From contig JBJMOW010000005.1 in NCBI GenBank assembly GCA_045803545.1, forward strand, positions 864,001 through 928,000: DNA of 64,000 nt, written 5' to 3'. Made by a program: the position numbers and the translations under genes. The notes under the pieces are model-generated. The model did not search any database. It saw nothing but the letters and a program-made list of their open reading frames with translations, and was not told the origin of the DNA. Positions within the stretch are counted from its first letter, which is position 1. Each line of letters starts with the position of its first letter. The DNA is from Gemmatimonadaceae bacterium (GTDB taxonomy: Bacteria > Gemmatimonadota > Gemmatimonadetes > Gemmatimonadales > Gemmatimonadaceae). This document shows, piece after piece, positions 1-10,438 of this stretch.

Positions 1-877
<877 letters not shown>

Positions 878-879
<2 letters not shown>

Positions 880-1135
880 AGTCCCTTTCAGGTCCTGGCT
901 CGAACTCCGCTCCGCCACTACCGGCCGATCCAAACTTCGGCGCTGTGATTCCACCGGAGGTCGTGTGCGGCGGGTTCGATACGTCGTTACGACCCTCGGC
1001 CGGGTCTTCGTCGCGCGGATCGCGAACGCCGGGCTCTTCGACTCTCGATTTGGTGTTCGGCTCGCGCCCGATGCGCGAGTTTTCCTCATCGGTGCCGTGC
1101 GGTAGGTCGGCGCCTCTATTTCTCTCGTCTGCCAT
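878..1135 (-). CDS. small acidic hypothetical protein
   Basis: ORF MADERNRGADLPHG... preceded by an AAGGAG Shine-Dalgarno sequence. Confidence 0.6.
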
Positions 1136-1187
1136 CACATCTCCTTGGGAAATCTGAGGGTAGTGGCGCATGCAACGTGCCCGAAAG

Positions 1188-1228
1188 AAAAAAAGCCCGG
1201 TACTGCATCTCGCAGTACCGGGCTTTCT
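1188..1228 (-). terminator. Rho-independent terminator after the TonB receptor gene
   Basis: AAAGCCCGGTACTGC-atctc-GCAGTACCGGGCTTT stem, followed by a T-run on the minus strand. Confidence 0.85.
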
Positions 1229-1243
1229 GTTATCGGAATTGCT

Positions 1244-3733
1244 TTACGGGAAGACCGGCGCCGGTGCCGGCTGATCCTGCTGCGGCTGGCGGATTCTGGG
1301 TGGCTTGCCGTAGTTCCACTGGAATGTGAAGTACGTCGCGCGCACGCCGAACTGCCGCTGCGTGACCTGCTCTAGATAATCGTCGCCCGCCTTGATCTTG
1401 AATTTCATCTGGTTGAACGGATCCGCGAAACGAACCGCGACGCTCATGTTGTCGCCATCCAGCTTCTTCCGAACGGTGATGTTGGTCATCTGGAAGGACG
1501 AGAACTTGCCCTTTTCGATCTTCATCGGACCGCGATAGAAGTAGTTCGCCTGCAGAATCACCGTCGGATTGATCTGCGTCGTGGCATTGAGACGTGCCGA
1601 CCACGCAATCGCGTTCGATCCGAGCGCCGACTGTGATCCACCATCGGTCACCATCTTGAACACGTTCAGGCCGGCGAGCGCATTGAGCTTCGGCCCAAGG
1701 CGCAGGTTGCCATTCAGGTCGGTTCCCCACGAATCACTCTTGGCGAGATTCTGGAAGCTCACCGACGTCACCTCACGATTGTCAACCGTGTCGGCAGTGT
1801 TGATGTCCACGCGAATGACGTCCTTGGTGTGGCGGTAGAACGGTGACAGCTGAATCGAGCCAAGCTGGCCGGTCTTGCTCGCGCCCAGCTCGATCGCGTC
1901 GGTGTACTCCGGAGTCAAACGAGGATTACCAATGAACACGTTTTGCTGATCGAAGAACACCGGGAATGGATTGAGCTCCTGGGTTCCGGGCCTGCGAATG
2001 CGTCGTGAGTAGCTGGCCTTCAACTGCGTCTGTTCACTCGGCTTGAACATGATCGCGCCGCTCGGGAAGAGCGCGTGATAGTTGAACGGGACAGCCTGTG
2101 CACCGGCGAGGTCGAAGTTGCGCGACGACCACTCAGCGCGAAGACCACCCTGCAGATCGAACTTGCCGACGCTCTGGCTGAGTACCCCGTAACCGGCGTG
2201 CGTCTGCTCATCGAAGTTGAAGGTGTTGCTCAAATTGCTCGCCGCCCAGGCACCGTTGCCGAGGGCATCTTTGTAGACCTGATAGCTCTTGTCGTACCAG
2301 CGATCGGTTTCCTTGAGGCCGGTTTCGAGCTTGGACTTCGCCCACAGCGGGCGCGTGTAGTCCGTCTGCGCAGTCAGCTGGCGGGTGAGCGCGCTGTTGG
2401 AATCAATCTCACCCTGAATCGGCGAACCGGCTGTGCTGCCATCCTGGTTCTGCGGCTCGCGCCACAGCAAAGTGTTGTCTTCATCGCGTGAGCGATTAAA
2501 GCGCACTTCGCTGGACAACTCGTGGGTGCGAGGAGTGATGGTATGCTTCCACGACAGTGAGTTGTCCCAAGTAAGACCACGCGCCTTGGTGTTGCGATCC
2601 ATCACATAGCGATCGAGGAATGTCTGGCTCGCGTCCAGATCCTCATAGCCCGCCAGCGCCGCGTCGTTGTTGTGACGACGGTTTGCCGTAAGCGAATTGG
2701 ATACGACGTCCTTGTCGGTGAGCTTGTAGTCAATGTTTCCGGTGAAGTTGTGACCGCCGTTGCTGGTGGCACCGTCGATGTCCTGGTTCTGATAATCCTG
2801 TGGTGCACCGGTCGGCGTGAAGCGCGAACGATCGTTGAGGCCAGTGATGGCGCGATCATCCGCGTTGAAGCCGTAAGTGCCGAACAACGTGACGGGGCCG
2901 CTCTGATAGCCGACGTTAGCGCCAGTGTTGAAGCGGCTCGGCGTCGCGAACCCAGTGTTGAGGCCCGCGCTCAGACCAAGATCGGCGTTTGTCTTGAGCA
3001 CGATGTTGATGATGCCGGCCATTCCGTCCGGATCGTACTTGGCGGAAGGATTGGGTACGACTTCGACGCGCTCGACGATGTTCGCCGGGATCTGCTTGAG
3101 ATACGCGGCAAGCTGAGTGCCCTTGATCGGCGTCGGGCGGCCGTTGATCTGAATGACGACGTTTTCGTTACCGCGAAGACTGACCTTGCCATCCTGATCG
3201 ACTTCGACGGACGGCGTCGCCTGCAGCACGTCGCTCGCATTTGCCGCTGCCGGAGCGACGTCCTTGGCGCGATAGGTGTTGCGGTCGGGCTCGATGACGA
3301 CGGTCGGCTTTTCGCCAGTCACTTGCACGGCCTGCAATTGCACGGAGACGCGCGAGAGCTTGATGGTCCCGACGTTCGCGACCGGCGCAGTCGGCGCGAT
3401 CGTGAATTCAGGGGTGTTCATCGGAGTAAATCCAATGCCCGAGACGCGCAGATAGTATGTGCCGGGTCGGAGACCCTGCACGCGGAAGCTGCCGTCTTCG
3501 GCGCCATAGGTGCCGGTGACGAGCTTGCCATCGGACTTGTTGCGGACGGCGACCGCCGGGCGCGCAACGGCGAGTCCAGTGCTGTCGGCGGCGACGATCG
3601 AACCGCGTACTTCACCCGCGGGGGCGGGAGGTTGACCTTGGGCAGCCGGGTTAGCCCCGGGATTCTGGGCAGATAAAGGTGCGGCGGCGAGGTTCAGGAG
3701 GAGTGCGAGTACTGCGAACAGGATACGCTTCAT
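1244..3733 (-). CDS. TonB-dependent receptor (N-terminal carboxypeptidase-regulatory-like domain, plug, beta-barrel)
   Basis: Signal peptide MKRILFAVLALL...; plug motif IERVEVVPNPSAKYDPDGMAGIINIVLK; barrel motif GNPRLTPEYT. Confidence 0.9.
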   Translation of the reverse strand: MKRILFAVLALLLNLAAAPLSAQNPGANPAAQGQPPAPAGEVRGSIVAADSTGLAVARPAVAVRNKSDGKLVTGTYGAEDGSFRVQGLRPGTYYLRVSGIGFTPMNTPEFTIAPTAPVANVGTIKLSRVSVQLQAVQVTGEKPTVVIEPDRNTYRAKDVAPAAANASDVLQATPSVEVDQDGKVSLRGNENVVIQINGRPTPIKGTQLAAYLKQIPANIVERVEVVPNPSAKYDPDGMAGIINIVLKTNADLGLSAGLNTGFATPSRFNTGANVGYQSGPVTLFGTYGFNADDRAITGLNDRSRFTPTGAPQDYQNQDIDGATSNGGHNFTGNIDYKLTDKDVVSNSLTANRRHNNDAALAGYEDLDASQTFLDRYVMDRNTKARGLTWDNSLSWKHTITPRTHELSSEVRFNRSRDEDNTLLWREPQNQDGSTAGSPIQGEIDSNSALTRQLTAQTDYTRPLWAKSKLETGLKETDRWYDKSYQVYKDALGNGAWAASNLSNTFNFDEQTHAGYGVLSQSVGKFDLQGGLRAEWSSRNFDLAGAQAVPFNYHALFPSGAIMFKPSEQTQLKASYSRRIRRPGTQELNPFPVFFDQQNVFIGNPRLTPEYTDAIELGASKTGQLGSIQLSPFYRHTKDVIRVDINTADTVDNREVTSVSFQNLAKSDSWGTDLNGNLRLGPKLNALAGLNVFKMVTDGGSQSALGSNAIAWSARLNATTQINPTVILQANYFYRGPMKIEKGKFSSFQMTNITVRKKLDGDNMSVAVRFADPFNQMKFKIKAGDDYLEQVTQRQFGVRATYFTFQWNYGKPPRIRQPQQDQPAPAPVFP

Positions 3734-3931
3734 GGCCAGCTCAGTGTAGGAGTGGTCTTCAATTGTAGGGCGAGCAGGGAAAAACCCCCAGCTTAGTCTT
3801 CCCGCACTACGATTTTGACGCTGCGGGGTTTCAAAAGGTTGGCGCTGGTTTGATAAGAGCAGACGAGAAAGTCTGCGAACGGTCAAAGGCTCGCGGCCAG
3901 CGGTCACGGGATGTCGTTCAGCAGCATCCGG

Positions 3932-4411
3932 TTAGCTCTTGGCAGGCTTCGGAGCTGGCCGATTCCTCGATTTTGCGGACTCGCGCATCACTGTGCGAAC
4001 CAGGCGGTTCCATCCGGGGTGTTTTCGTTCCAGCTCAGCTGTAGCCCAGCCATTTAGATCGCAAAGCCCCAGCGCGACAGCAGGCGATCGGCTGATGCCC
4101 ATGTTGCAGTGGAGAATGATGCGGTCGAAATCAGGCGCTCCTTCGATGAAGTCGCTGATTGCGCTCGCGTGGTCCGTCGCGAACAAGACGTCGAGCGGAT
4201 CACCGCTTTCGGTGACATCACTGAAGTACATGCGGACCACTGCCTTGAATCGCGAAGACAATCGAGCCGGCTTGGCGTACGGATCCGAAATCGAAATGCA
4301 GATTTCTTTTCGCCGCGGCTCATAGCGTTCGACTTCTTCCCGCGAAAGCACGATGAGCTCTGGATCCGTCCTTCGCTGTCCGTTGTGCGACGTTCCTTTG
4401 GTGCGCGCCAT
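3932..4411 (-). CDS. predicted protein-tyrosine/dual-specificity phosphatase-like protein
   Basis: CX5R P-loop HCNMGISRS. Start MARTKG overlaps the stop of the upstream DinB gene. Confidence 0.75.
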   Translation of the reverse strand: MARTKGTSHNGQRRTDPELIVLSREEVERYEPRRKEICISISDPYAKPARLSSRFKAVVRMYFSDVTESGDPLDVLFATDHASAISDFIEGAPDFDRIILHCNMGISRSPAVALGLCDLNGWATAELERKHPGWNRLVRTVMRESAKSRNRPAPKPAKS

Positions 4412-4899
4412 TACTTGGGCGGAGGCCAAGCGCCCAGAACGCGCCGAGTCGATACGATCTGTCCAACGTGATAAGCGGCGTGATCGAGGGCCACCAGCAC
4501 GGTACGGAGGTACGTCTGGCCGGTGCCGTGGGGAATCTTCGTCGTCAGATCGATTTCGGTCTCCGTGATGAACCTCTCCAGAGCCATGCGGTCCTTTCGC
4601 CACGAGGCGACGGTCTCGTTCCACGCCTTGTCGCTGGCTGGGGCCTGGGTCTTTGGCCAGTAGTCGTCAGGCCATTTGAGCTTTTCTTCGTAGTCTGGAT
4701 TCTTGACGAAGTCGAGCAGGTCGTGCTGGGTGATTCGAATGTGCTCTAGCAGCTCCCAGACTGAGTGAGGCAATCCCGGTGGGCGTCGTCCCCGCAGCTC
4801 GGACGACAAGCCCTTGATCGAACTTTCGAGCGAGCCGTGCGACTGCTCCCAGTTCAGCGAAGAAGCCACGATCGCGCGCCAGTCCTCCTTCTTCGCCAT
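4411..4899 (-). CDS. DinB family protein
   Basis: HSVWELLEHIR and DHAAYHVGQI motifs. Confidence 0.9.
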   Translation of the reverse strand: MAKKEDWRAIVASSLNWEQSHGSLESSIKGLSSELRGRRPPGLPHSVWELLEHIRITQHDLLDFVKNPDYEEKLKWPDDYWPKTQAPASDKAWNETVASWRKDRMALERFITETEIDLTTKIPHGTGQTYLRTVLVALDHAAYHVGQIVSTRRVLGAWPPPK

Positions 4900-4923
4900 A
4901 CTCCTCCATTAGGTGAGACCTGA

Positions 4924-5115
4924 ATGATGCGCCACTTGCGCAACGACGCCAGCCCTCTCAACATTGGCCGCCCTGCCCCTGCCGTAACGGAGAAGCCGAT
5001 GCCCGACGTCCGACCGAGCCGCAGCGTGGTGAAAGCAGTCCTGACCGACCTTCAGTTCTGGGTGCCTGTCGCGGTTCTGGCTGGCGGCTTGTTTGTCCTG
5101 CGCTGGATCTCGTGA
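4924..5115 (+). CDS. small single-TM membrane protein
   Basis: C-terminal hydrophobic helix; GTGA overlap with the downstream transporter gene. Confidence 0.5.
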   Translation: MMRHLRNDASPLNIGRPAPAVTEKPMPDVRPSRSVVKAVLTDLQFWVPVAVLAGGLFVLRWIS

Positions 5116-6428
5116 GCGCGGTCGAAGTCGAGGTAGTCGAGCCGGACCCGCCCGGCGTGCTTGCACCGCAGCGACTGCGGACCCTGCAAAGCGTCGGCAT
5201 GCTCTGTGGGCTGACCGCTGGAGCATGGCTCGGCGCCGCCGAAGCACCGACGAAGCTGGTGACGCTTGGCCTGTCGCCGGTGGTGATTTCGTTGACGATG
5301 GTGATCGGCGTTTTTCTGGCGCGCTGGACGCTGCCGGCGCTGATACAAGGAACGTCATACATCGCCGCCGACTTGCGTCAGGCACCGCATCTGATCGTTT
5401 GGGCTATACTCGCTGGCTGCTTGTGGGCAGTGGCCAACACGCTAACCGTTTTCGCGGTGCGCGACGTCGGCTTGAGCATCGCGTTCCCACTCTGGAACAG
5501 CAACAGCCTGCTCGGAATCCTCTGGGGGGTTGTTTTCTTCAAGGAACTGCGTGGGGCCGATTGGCGTCGATGGCTCGGAGTATTGGGGGGAGCGCTGTTG
5601 ATGTTCGTCGGCGCCACAGCGCTGGCGATCGCATCCGCGTCGCAGGTCCCGGGGAAAGATGCAGCGCGGGGAATAGTCGCTGCCCTGTCGGCAGGCGTGA
5701 TGTGGGGAACGATGTACATCCCATATCGCAAAGCGTATCTGACCGGTATGAGCCCGCTGTCGTTCGTGACGTTTTTCACAGTCGGCGAGCTGGGAATGAT
5801 GACCATTCTCGCGCTCACCTATTCCGGCGGAGCCGGCGCATTGTGGACTCAGATCTCGGGAGCGAGACAAATTCTTTTCTGGCTGCTCGCGGGCGGATTC
5901 ATCTGGGTCATCGGCGACCTGTTTCAGCAGTACGCGGTCAAGTACGCCGGCATCACCCGCGGCATCCCGCTATCGAACACCAACCAGCTGTGGGGATTGC
6001 TCTGGGGAATTCTCGTTTTTGGCGAGCTCCACGCTGCTTCAGGTTCCGTACTCGCGCAGGTAGTCGGTGGTTCGCTGGTGATGGCGATTGGAGCGGGCGT
6101 GATCGCATTATCGTCGGTGAGTCGGAGCGAGCACGCGAGCTGGCAGGAAGCGGCCGAGCGGGAAGGCGCGCGTTACGGGGTCCGGGCGGAGTACACTCAG
6201 GCGCGGATTGCGGGAGAAGGCGGTGCAATTGGAGCGACACGCCGACGCAGCGGACTGGACTGGGCGGTCGTTGGAGTCGCGACTGCGATCATCGTCGGCT
6301 TCGCGCTCGTCGCTCGACCGCCGCAGATCAGCATTCACGTCGGCTGGTCGATGGCGTTGATCGTTGCGACGGTTGCGATGCTGGTCGCTGCCGGTTCAGC
6401 CCTCTGGAGAGCGACGCGTTTTAACTGA
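5112..6428 (+). CDS. DMT-superfamily (GRP/GlcU-like) sugar transporter
   Basis: About 12 TM helices with internally duplicated motifs GLSIAFPLWNSNSLLGILWG and GITRGIPLSNTNQLWGLLWG. Confidence 0.8.
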   Translation: MSAVEVEVVEPDPPGVLAPQRLRTLQSVGMLCGLTAGAWLGAAEAPTKLVTLGLSPVVISLTMVIGVFLARWTLPALIQGTSYIAADLRQAPHLIVWAILAGCLWAVANTLTVFAVRDVGLSIAFPLWNSNSLLGILWGVVFFKELRGADWRRWLGVLGGALLMFVGATALAIASASQVPGKDAARGIVAALSAGVMWGTMYIPYRKAYLTGMSPLSFVTFFTVGELGMMTILALTYSGGAGALWTQISGARQILFWLLAGGFIWVIGDLFQQYAVKYAGITRGIPLSNTNQLWGLLWGILVFGELHAASGSVLAQVVGGSLVMAIGAGVIALSSVSRSEHASWQEAAEREGARYGVRAEYTQARIAGEGGAIGATRRRSGLDWAVVGVATAIIVGFALVARPPQISIHVGWSMALIVATVAMLVAAGSALWRATRFN

Positions 6429-6469
6429 GTTCTCTCCGAGCGATATCGCGTCCACGCGAGTCGAGTCGC

Positions 6470-7177
6470 TTACTTTTTCCGAAGAGCCTGGCTGATGGCC
6501 GCTTCCACAAGCGGGACCATGACGCGGTATCCGGCCTCGGTCGGATGGACTCCGTCGGAAGCGAGTCCGGCTCTCATTCCGCCTTTGTCGTCGGACATCG
6601 CCGAGTGGTAGTCGAGATAGACCGCGCCGCGCAACGCAGCGTAGTCCTTGATCCACTTGTTGAGAGCAATGACCTTGGGTGCCGGATCGAGACCGGGGCG
6701 CCAGGGGAAATCGGCGGCTGGAAGAACCGACGAGAGAACGACGCGAATTCCGTTGGACTGCGCCAGCTCGGTCATCGAAGCGAGATTGTCCTCGATCATC
6801 TCCAACGTAGACGGGCCGGTATTGCCCGCGATGTCGTTGATACCCGCCAGAATCACGACCACTTTCGGTTTCAACGCGATAACGTCCTGACGGAAGCGAA
6901 GCACCATCTGCGGTGTCGTCTGGCCACCGATGCCGCGATTGACGTACGGCTTGCCGGCGAACTGGGTCGGGAAATACTGCGTCCACCCTTCTGTGATGGA
7001 GTTCCCGAGGAACACCACGCGGCTCTCATCGGCAGCCGGCGGTGATAGCTGCGCATTCGCGTCACGATACTTGGCAAGATTTGGCCAGTCCGTACGAAGC
7101 GGATCGGTCTGGGTCTGACCGTTCGAGTTAACAGCGTTGATCATGAGCAGCGCTACCGCGACCAGGATTTTTTTCAT
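6470..7177 (-). CDS. secreted SGNH/GDSL hydrolase
   Basis: GNSITEG, NRGIGGQTT, GINDI and DGVHP blocks; signal peptide. Confidence 0.92.
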   Translation of the reverse strand: MKKILVAVALLMINAVNSNGQTQTDPLRTDWPNLAKYRDANAQLSPPAADESRVVFLGNSITEGWTQYFPTQFAGKPYVNRGIGGQTTPQMVLRFRQDVIALKPKVVVILAGINDIAGNTGPSTLEMIEDNLASMTELAQSNGIRVVLSSVLPAADFPWRPGLDPAPKVIALNKWIKDYAALRGAVYLDYHSAMSDDKGGMRAGLASDGVHPTEAGYRVMVPLVEAAISQALRKK

Positions 7178-7211
7178 CGGTGACCTCGCAGGGAAACAAT
7201 CTCCCTGGAAT

Positions 7212-7493
7212 TCATTGCCAGTTGCAATAGATCACGCTGTGCAGCGCCGCGGATTTGTACACATCCGGCGCCACTCGGCAGATCGTCGCGTCGGGAGCGA
7301 CAAGCGTGTCGGGGTCCTTCTTCGACATGACTTCCTTGTGGTACATGCCGAGCTTCGCGCCGGTGAGGACGACTCCATTGGGCGAAGGCTCCACGTAGAT
7401 CGGCCGATGCGTGCAGGCGATAACGCTCGCAGCTGCAGCTGCAACGAGGATCCAGGCTTTCACCTCAGGCAAACCGCTTGAGAGACCGCTCAC
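7212..7493 (-). CDS. small putative lipoprotein
   Basis: Hydrophobic leader ending in a VIAC lipobox-like motif; overlaps neighbouring genes in the operon. Confidence 0.55.
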   Translation of the reverse strand: MSGLSSGLPEVKAWILVAAAAASVIACTHRPIYVEPSPNGVVLTGAKLGMYHKEVMSKKDPDTLVAPDATICRVAPDVYKSAALHSVIYCNWQ

Positions 7494-7731
7494 GCGCCTT
7501 CACCATCTCCACTTCCCGATTACGCGGCGGCGCGGTGGTTTTGAGAGAGTGAATGAGTTTGTTCGCGACGGCTGTGACTTCCGCCACCGCCTCGTTGAAC
7601 GCCGCTTCATTGGCGCGCGACGGCTTGGTGGTGCCACTCAGCTTGCGCACGAACTGCAGCGCTGACGCCGCGATTTCGTCGTGGGTTGCTGGAGGCTCGA
7701 AGTTGGCGAGGGTTTTGATGTTTCGGCACAT
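7465..7731 (-). CDS. DUF2277 family protein
   Basis: MCRNIKTLANFEPPATHDEIAASALQFVRKLSG signature. Confidence 0.9.
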   Translation of the reverse strand: MCRNIKTLANFEPPATHDEIAASALQFVRKLSGTTKPSRANEAAFNEAVAEVTAVANKLIHSLKTTAPPRNREVEMVKARERSLKRFA

Positions 7732-7744
7732 ATTGAAATTCCGG

Positions 7745-8185
7745 CTAACGGACGCACTGAAAGTAGATGGGTCGTAATGCTACTGTGTCGACTTCGCCCG
7801 CTGCAACATTGACATCGCTCGAGTCCGCTTTGTGGGCGAAGGCGCGAACAAATAGACGATAGCGGCCGGGCGCGAGCCCGTCGAGAACGAACCCGCCGAG
7901 GCTGTCAGCGGTCGCAGTATTGTGGGCGCCGTTGGGCGAATCACCCGGCGTTAGTGCGAGGATTGGATAGTGCGGTAGCGCTCCGCCTGAATCGGAGAGC
8001 GTTCCGATGACTGCGCCGGTGCCCGAACGCAGCGAGGGTGCGCGCGGGAGCTGAGCGGCCGTGCCTTTGGTGCGCACGTGCGTCGTGCAGCGTCCTGTTA
8101 ACAGCGATACATCTGTCGAGGTGCGGCGGTTGCAGGCGCTCGCAATTACGAGCGCCAGTAAGAGAAGGCTATACTTCGCGGCCAA
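7745..8185 (-). CDS. lipoprotein with carboxypeptidase-regulatory-like domain
   Basis: Lipobox ASAC; TADSLGGFVLDGLAPGRYRLFV motif. Confidence 0.75.
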   Translation of the reverse strand: MAAKYSLLLLALVIASACNRRTSTDVSLLTGRCTTHVRTKGTAAQLPRAPSLRSGTGAVIGTLSDSGGALPHYPILALTPGDSPNGAHNTATADSLGGFVLDGLAPGRYRLFVRAFAHKADSSDVNVAAGEVDTVALRPIYFQCVR

Positions 8186-8690
8186 TCGTCCTCAACCGCC
8201 GTCTCACGCGCCGCGGCAAGAAAAACGCGGCGGCGACGAGCACGCGCTCGAGATCCATTGAGCGAAGCTGCGCAGGATCTCCCATCCAATGGTCTTCGAT
8301 CACGCCGCGCCCGGCATTGGCGATCAACCGTTGCAGCGCCAGGACGAGGACGAACAGATCGTCGATCTCACCGAGGAAGGGGATGTAGTCGGGAATGAAA
8401 TCCATCGGCAGCAGGATGTAAGCGATAGCACCGCCGACGAGCAGCTTGTCGGTGTTCGAGACCCGCTTGTCTGCCATCAGACCGCCGAGCAGGCGCAGAA
8501 AGTTGGGCAGCTCTTTCATCGTCGACATGATGGTGCCGCGAGCCGGAGTCGCCGGCGCGCCGGACGCATTGGAACTCGAGCGCGCACTCTGCGGTCCACG
8601 AGCAGAACGGGCTGACGATGACGAGGTCGTGGAAGACCGGCGCTTTTTTGCGTTCGATGCGGACTGCGAGCGCGCTGACTGTGTTCTCAC
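8169..8690 (-). CDS. YkvA/DUF1232 membrane protein
   Basis: AIAYILLPMDFIPDYIPFLGEIDD motif. Confidence 0.9.
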   Translation of the reverse strand: MRTQSARSQSASNAKKRRSSTTSSSSARSARGPQSARSSSNASGAPATPARGTIMSTMKELPNFLRLLGGLMADKRVSNTDKLLVGGAIAYILLPMDFIPDYIPFLGEIDDLFVLVLALQRLIANAGRGVIEDHWMGDPAQLRSMDLERVLVAAAFFLPRRVRRRLRTIGREV

Positions 8691-9112
8691 TTACGCTGAT
8701 CTCCAGGTGGCGGCGTTGGTGGAACGTCGGTCGATGCCGACTCTGGCGCCGACGCAGCCGACGTGGGCGGACCGGAGGGTGCGCCCGGCGACGGCTTCGG
8801 AGCAGTTACCGAAGAAACGACTCCCGCAATCTCACTTGCAACTGACTTGCCAGCATTGGCCACGTCTGTCACGACCCCGACGGCCTTGTTCATCACGTTC
8901 ATGGTGCCGGCGATCGCTGTCGCCGACATTTTGCCGGCGCGCAGAGTGTCTTCCACTCCCTCGGCGAAGCGCTTCAGCGGGTTCGGCGACGTCGAAGGCT
9001 TCGGCGCGTACTTCGACTCCAGAAAATCGATGTAGTCGAGGATCTGGTAGATCCGCTCTTCCGGAAGCGTGGCGAGCTTCCGAATCAGGCGCTCGCGCAG
9101 GATGTCGTTCAT
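8687..9112 (-). CDS. hypothetical protein (DUF2281-like N-terminus)
   Basis: LATLPEERIYQILDYIDFLESKY; Pro/Ser-rich tail; first gene of an overlapping operon. Confidence 0.65.
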   Translation of the reverse strand: MNDILRERLIRKLATLPEERIYQILDYIDFLESKYAPKPSTSPNPLKRFAEGVEDTLRAGKMSATAIAGTMNVMNKAVGVVTDVANAGKSVASEIAGVVSSVTAPKPSPGAPSGPPTSAASAPESASTDVPPTPPPGDQRK

Positions 9113-9155
9113 CGTAGGACTAATCTCAATTACGGGAACCCGTTGCGCCAGCTAC

Positions 9156-9337
9156 GACCGACTGAGGACTAATGCACAAAAGGTAGGCAGTCCACAGAGT
9201 AGCTCAGGGTTGGGTTCGCAGCTACGATCGTGGCCGTGTCAGACTGACGAATCTACGAATCGCGAGAACATCGCTGTGAACTGACTCCTGTGCTCCTCTG
9301 CGGACTGCCTACCTTTTTGTGGAGTTGGTCAGCGGTC
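9156..9337. repeat. ~180-bp intergenic inverted-repeat element
   Basis: CACAAAAGGTAGGCAGTCCACAGAG (9175-9199) pairs with CTCTGCGGACTGCCTACCTTTTTGTG (9296-9321), with further outer and inner pairing. Confidence 0.85.
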
Positions 9338-9349
9338 ACCAGTGAACCA

Positions 9350-10426
9350 TCACCCGCCGCCGCGCCACCTCGCCCGTCTCCCGCGCACATCGATGTGTAC
9401 GTAATTCGTGCTGGAGTGACCGGTGGTGTAAATGCCGAGGCCGCCGACGAGCTCGGGGTGCTTCAGCTCGACGATCTCGACGGCGAGTCCGACCATGCGG
9501 CTGTCGATCGCGGTGATCTTGCCGTCGCCGTTGGCGTCGATCGCGACGTCGGCGGCATCGCCGTACTGGTGTTGACTGTCGCTCGCCGCGCGGCGCACAC
9601 GATTGTTGTGCGCGGGCGCGCGGAAACCTGAGTGAACGTCCAGCTCCACGTCAGCCACCGCTTTGTCGCCGTGCCAGCGCGCGATCTCCTGAATCACCAG
9701 CTCCAGCTTGTCCAGCAACTTCGGATTAACCGCGGCGAAACTGGGCCAAACGCCCTGCTGATCGTGATTGAGGAAGTCGCCAACTCTGAGATGTTTGGTG
9801 ATAGGAATATCGAGGTCGGCGGGTCTGATCTCCAGAAATCCCTCGGGCGGCGGCTGCTTGCCTCGAATGCGCTCGGCGAGGTAGGTGCCGATGCGATATC
9901 CGTGCAGCATGCTGCCTTGCTTCTCCTCGAACGGCACCAGCACCGCGAGTGTCAGTCCTTCGACCGCGCGTTGCTGATCTGCCTTGATCAGCGCCATATG
10001 GAAGAAGCCGGCTTCCGGCGGCGCGTTGACCTTGTCGCCCGCGAGCGGCTGCGGATTGGTCGCGAGAGCAGTATCGCCGACACGGATCCACGCATACTCC
10101 AGCGCTGTCGGATCACCATGGACGTCGAGCGGATAAGAAATTTCCTGGGCCGGCATCGCGAAGGCGAGCTTCACTTCCCCGCTGGCGCCGAACGCGCTGA
10201 CCGACGGGTTTGCGAGCGGAACTACCGCGCGCGTAAAAGTGCCGATCGGCTTCTCGGTGGCGTCACCCGCTGCCTGCAGAAACTGGAACGCTCCGACGGC
10301 CGCGATGGCAGCGACCGCGAGCCAGATAAGTCGGCCGACATGGCGCCTCCTGACCGGTAGATCATCAGGAAGAGCGAGCTCTTCGCCGGTTGGACGGCGT
10401 CTGTCGCCTACAACTGCCGATGTCAA
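9350..10426 (-). CDS. peptidase M15 family (D-Ala-D-Ala metallopeptidase/YcbK-like) membrane-anchored protein
   Basis: SGFRAPAHN, SQHQYGDAAD and YVHID zinc motifs; N-terminal TM. Confidence 0.88.
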   Translation of the reverse strand: MTSAVVGDRRRPTGEELALPDDLPVRRRHVGRLIWLAVAAIAAVGAFQFLQAAGDATEKPIGTFTRAVVPLANPSVSAFGASGEVKLAFAMPAQEISYPLDVHGDPTALEYAWIRVGDTALATNPQPLAGDKVNAPPEAGFFHMALIKADQQRAVEGLTLAVLVPFEEKQGSMLHGYRIGTYLAERIRGKQPPPEGFLEIRPADLDIPITKHLRVGDFLNHDQQGVWPSFAAVNPKLLDKLELVIQEIARWHGDKAVADVELDVHSGFRAPAHNNRVRRAASDSQHQYGDAADVAIDANGDGKITAIDSRMVGLAVEIVELKHPELVGGLGIYTTGHSSTNYVHIDVRGRRARWRGGG

Positions 10427-10438
10427 AAGACTTCTGTT

